Positions 61,386 to 64,000 of a stretch of DNA of 64,000 nt are shown piece after piece. Numbering within the stretch: position 1 is the stretch's first letter; each line of letters opens with the position of its first letter. The DNA comes from an uncultured Chloroflexia bacterium (lineage in GTDB: Bacteria > Chloroflexota > Anaerolineae > CG2-30-64-16): assembly GCA_963810095.1 (NCBI GenBank), contig CAWEMM010000006.1, positions 1,632,001 through 1,696,000 on the forward strand, in the 5' to 3' direction. The translations under genes and the position numbers were made by a program. The notes below the pieces were generated by a model. The model worked only from the letters and a program-made list of their open reading frames with translations. It did not search any database and had not been told where the DNA came from.

Positions 61386-62464
61386 AGCGCCCCCAAACGG
61401 GCGAGCGTCTCTCGCAGTACGTTTTTGTTTGACTCGGCCGCAATTTCGGCCAGCCGTCTGCGTTGGCGCTCGACGAGCCGTGTGCGCAAATCGCAGTCCG
61501 CCGCCATCAGCGCCACCGTCTCGGCCACCTCGGGCAGGCTCCACCGAGATACCAACACTCCGGCGCCGCCCAGTGTTTCGGGCGTCGCTGCCTCGGCAAG
61601 GGCCAGGATGGGCAGGTCGAACTGCATACTTTCAATGTAGGGCACGCCGAAGCCCTCGTGCCGGCTGGCCGAGACAAACACGTCGCACGCTTGATAATAC
61701 GCGGCCAGATCGCTCCGCGAGACGCGGTCGGTGAAGGTAACGGCGCCGCGAAGATCCAGCCGGTCGACCAAGGTGTCCAGGAAGCGAACATACGCTTGGA
61801 ACGCCCGGTTGCCCACCAGCCACAGATGCACCTGGGGGCCGACCGCCGCGCGATAGACATGGACGAGCTTGAGGAGGTCTTCGCAGTGCTTGTTGGGCGC
61901 CAGCCGGCCGACAAAAAGCAGGTTCACTGCCCCGGTCGCCTTGACCCGATGGCTGACTGCGCTGCTAGGTTGCACGGAGGCGAGATTCGCCAGATCAAAG
62001 GCAACGGGGCGTACGGCGGTCCGCTCGGCCGGGACGCCGGCGGCGATCAGGTCTCGGCGGTTGAATTCCGAATCCGCCAGCGCAAAATTGCAGTCGCGCA
62101 GCTCGGTCAACGCGGCGCGACCCAACCGGCAGCGTGACTCCAGGTGTGGGTCGAAGCCGTGAAAGAATTCGGGCGGGGTGATGTTATGGTAGATAACCAG
62201 GCGGGCGTTCCGGCTGCGTTTGTACAGCTCCAGGTTGGGACTGTAGATCGAGTAGTGGTAGATGAGCAAGTCTTCGGCGCTTGCCAGCACCCGCTCGTAC
62301 TCCTCGCTCGGCCTGCTGATCGAGCCCAGCCTCCGTTCGGCGCTGTCGGCGAAAATATGAGATTCCAGGCCCCACGCGCGCAGCCGGTGGTCAATTTCGA
62401 ACACGTCGTTCGTCACCGCATCGCCGTAGACGAGGTTGGCCGTCATCTGGTATACGCGCGTCAT
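61382..62464 (-). CDS. Glycosyltransferase family 4
   Basis: GDAVTND, YHNITP, FVGRLAPNK, SRHEGFGVP. Confidence 0.9.
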   Translation of the reverse strand: MTRVYQMTANLVYGDAVTNDVFEIDHRLRAWGLESHIFADSAERRLGSISRPSEEYERVLASAEDLLIYHYSIYSPNLELYKRSRNARLVIYHNITPPEFFHGFDPHLESRCRLGRAALTELRDCNFALADSEFNRRDLIAAGVPAERTAVRPVAFDLANLASVQPSSAVSHRVKATGAVNLLFVGRLAPNKHCEDLLKLVHVYRAAVGPQVHLWLVGNRAFQAYVRFLDTLVDRLDLRGAVTFTDRVSRSDLAAYYQACDVFVSASRHEGFGVPYIESMQFDLPILALAEAATPETLGGAGVLVSRWSLPEVAETVALMAADCDLRTRLVERQRRRLAEIAAESNKNVLRETLARLGAL

Positions 62465-63564
62465 TACGCCGACGCTCCTGCTGGCGCCAACAGTCCTACC
62501 CGGACGAGCATCTCCTGCAACTGCGTTTCGACCCGCTGCCGGTCAAAGGCCGCCAGCCGCCGGCGCTGCGTCTCGACAAGCCGCTGCCTGAGTGCACGAT
62601 TCGTGACAACTTCGTGGATGAGCTCTGCCAGCGGGCCGTAGGCAAGCTCGGTGAACTGGATGCCTGCGTCGCCAAGCGTGTGCGGGATCGCAGTGGTTGC
62701 GCGGGCCACAATGGGCAGGTCGAAATACATGGCCTCGAGCAGGGGCGCGCAGAATCCTTCATGCCGGCTGGCGCACAAGAACACGTCCGATGCCTCATAA
62801 CAGGCGCGCAACTGGGAGAGGGAGATGCGACCGGTGAAGATGACCGCGTTCTCGAGACGCAGATGCTCGACCAGCCCGTCCAGGAACTTGTCATACAAGG
62901 GCAGGAAGCGCGCCCCGGCCAGGACGAGCTGTGAGTGGGGGTTGACGTGATGATGGTACGCAGCAAAAATTTTGATCAGATCTTCGAAGGCCTTATTTGG
63001 CGCGACCCTGCCGACAAACAAGAGGGTGGCGCCATCGCCGGGGCGCAGGCGCCGCGAAAGCGTCCAGTCGGGTTGCGTCCCCGCAAAGTCGCTTTCGCCG
63101 AGAAACAGCGGCAGCACGCCCGTCCGCTCCGGCGGGAAGCCGGCATCCAGCAACTCGCGGCGGTTGTATTCGGAGACGCCAAGCGCGAGGTCGCAGTCTG
63201 TCAGTTCGCCTAACATTGCCCGGCCGCGGGCACACAGCGATTGATACAGCGCGTCGTAGGGTGCGAAAAACTCGGCCGGGGTGATATTGTGATAGACGAG
63301 CACCTTCCGGCCACGCGAGCGCTGGAAGAGCCGGTAGTTATCGCAGTAGGCCGAGTAGTGATAGATCAGCAGGTCGTCGGGTGCATCGACATACTCTTCG
63401 TAGGCGACGTCGCGTTCCGCCCGCCTGCCCGGCGAGTTGGCCGTGTCCGAGCCGTATACGCGCGTCGAGAAGCCCCATCCTCTTAGCCGAGAGTCGATCT
63501 CGAAGATGTGGTTCGTGACTGCATCGCCGGCCGATAGGACAGAGCCCATCTGGTGGACGATCAA
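62464..63564 (-). CDS. Glycosyltransferase family 4 (paralog of the downstream GT)
   Basis: GDAVTNH, YHNITP, FVGRVAPNK, SRHEGFCAP; TTG start. Confidence 0.9.
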   Translation of the reverse strand: MIVHQMGSVLSAGDAVTNHIFEIDSRLRGWGFSTRVYGSDTANSPGRRAERDVAYEEYVDAPDDLLIYHYSAYCDNYRLFQRSRGRKVLVYHNITPAEFFAPYDALYQSLCARGRAMLGELTDCDLALGVSEYNRRELLDAGFPPERTGVLPLFLGESDFAGTQPDWTLSRRLRPGDGATLLFVGRVAPNKAFEDLIKIFAAYHHHVNPHSQLVLAGARFLPLYDKFLDGLVEHLRLENAVIFTGRISLSQLRACYEASDVFLCASRHEGFCAPLLEAMYFDLPIVARATTAIPHTLGDAGIQFTELAYGPLAELIHEVVTNRALRQRLVETQRRRLAAFDRQRVETQLQEMLVRVGLLAPAGASA

Positions 63565-64000
63565 GTTTTGGCGCTCCCGGCGTCGTTACCTGCGCTCAAC
63601 TGCTCTCGCAGAGACACAATCTCGTCTTGCTGCTCTTCGCATTGGGTTCTCAGGCTCGCCAGTTCCTCGGTCAATGCCGCGTGTACACGTCGCATCTCGC
63701 CCAGCTCCTGGACTACGAGCGAGTTGAAACCGATCTGTTGATCCAGGACGCCGCGGACGTACCACTTGGTCGACATCCAGTTCCAACCGCGGCGGATGGC
63801 GACGATAACCGGCCCGATGACCGGGGCCTGGGACGTGAACTCAGGCTCGCGAATGAACCAGCGACTCGCGAGTTCGGCGGACAGCGACGTTCCGGCCGCG
63901 CCGGGGTGCGATCCGGCGCCGGGGGCGCCGAGCACTTGCTTTCGCACGTCGTCCGCGATGGCGTCGAGGTCTTCCCGGTACGCGCCGAGGGCGCGGCGCT
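63561..64000 (-). CDS. C-terminal part of a glycan-cluster protein with coiled-coil tail (begins beyond the window)
   Basis: FTSQAPVIGP.I..IRR.WN...WYV..V..QQ..FN followed by a heptad-like region; overlaps the next GT start. Confidence 0.6.
   Translation of the reverse strand, partial: RRALGAYREDLDAIADDVRKQVLGAPGAGSHPGAAGTSLSAELASRWFIREPEFTSQAPVIGPVIVAIRRGWNWMSTKWYVRGVLDQQIGFNSLVVQELGEMRRVHAALTEELASLRTQCEEQQDEIVSLREQLSAGNDAGSAKT

Overview
High-GC bacterial chromosomal segment. Gene content suggests Chloroflexota (Anaerolineae/Caldilineae-like); this is an inference from the GT39+Ig-like protein, the DUF11 surface protein, a terminal (L/V)P(L/M)I-type motif and the membrane NERD protein. Many genes, including housekeeping ones (ssb, addAB, fabH, zwf, thiN), carry 1-2 nt frameshifts that look like long-read indel errors rather than true pseudogenes. 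Contents in order: sat/TauE, nucleotide-sugar dehydrogenase, tRNA-Leu(GAG), degV-plsX-fabF, NERD-addB-addA-deoC, a GT39 protein, an unannotated micropeptide locus, radC-DUF3467-ssb, a TPP-riboswitch thiN-thiBPQ operon, a giant DUF11/SdrD-B PEP-CTERM protein facing an exosortase/EpsI pair, HIT, fabF-fabH, GH5, a nucleotidyltransferase plus GHMP-kinase/UDPGP fusion, zwf-pgl, LiaF-like genes, menA, and a 13-kb glycosyltransferase/methyltransferase cluster with an FG-GAP protein. The best candidate for an undescribed system is at 18.0-19.9 kb. Three tiny ORFs absent from the ORF track (MAKTCADGVIGGN, MAHRMWFLATWLLMTAATLGVLLAPCFDGVVGGG, MKTRKQRDGVIGGN) each have a GGAGG RBS and end in DGV[IV]GG[NG]-stop, encoded with different synonymous codons. 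They lie behind consensus-like sigma70 promoters and structured leaders and flank an orphan 2-TM + beta-rich protein. This is consistent with a peptide-ligand/receptor or peptide-antitoxin/effector module.
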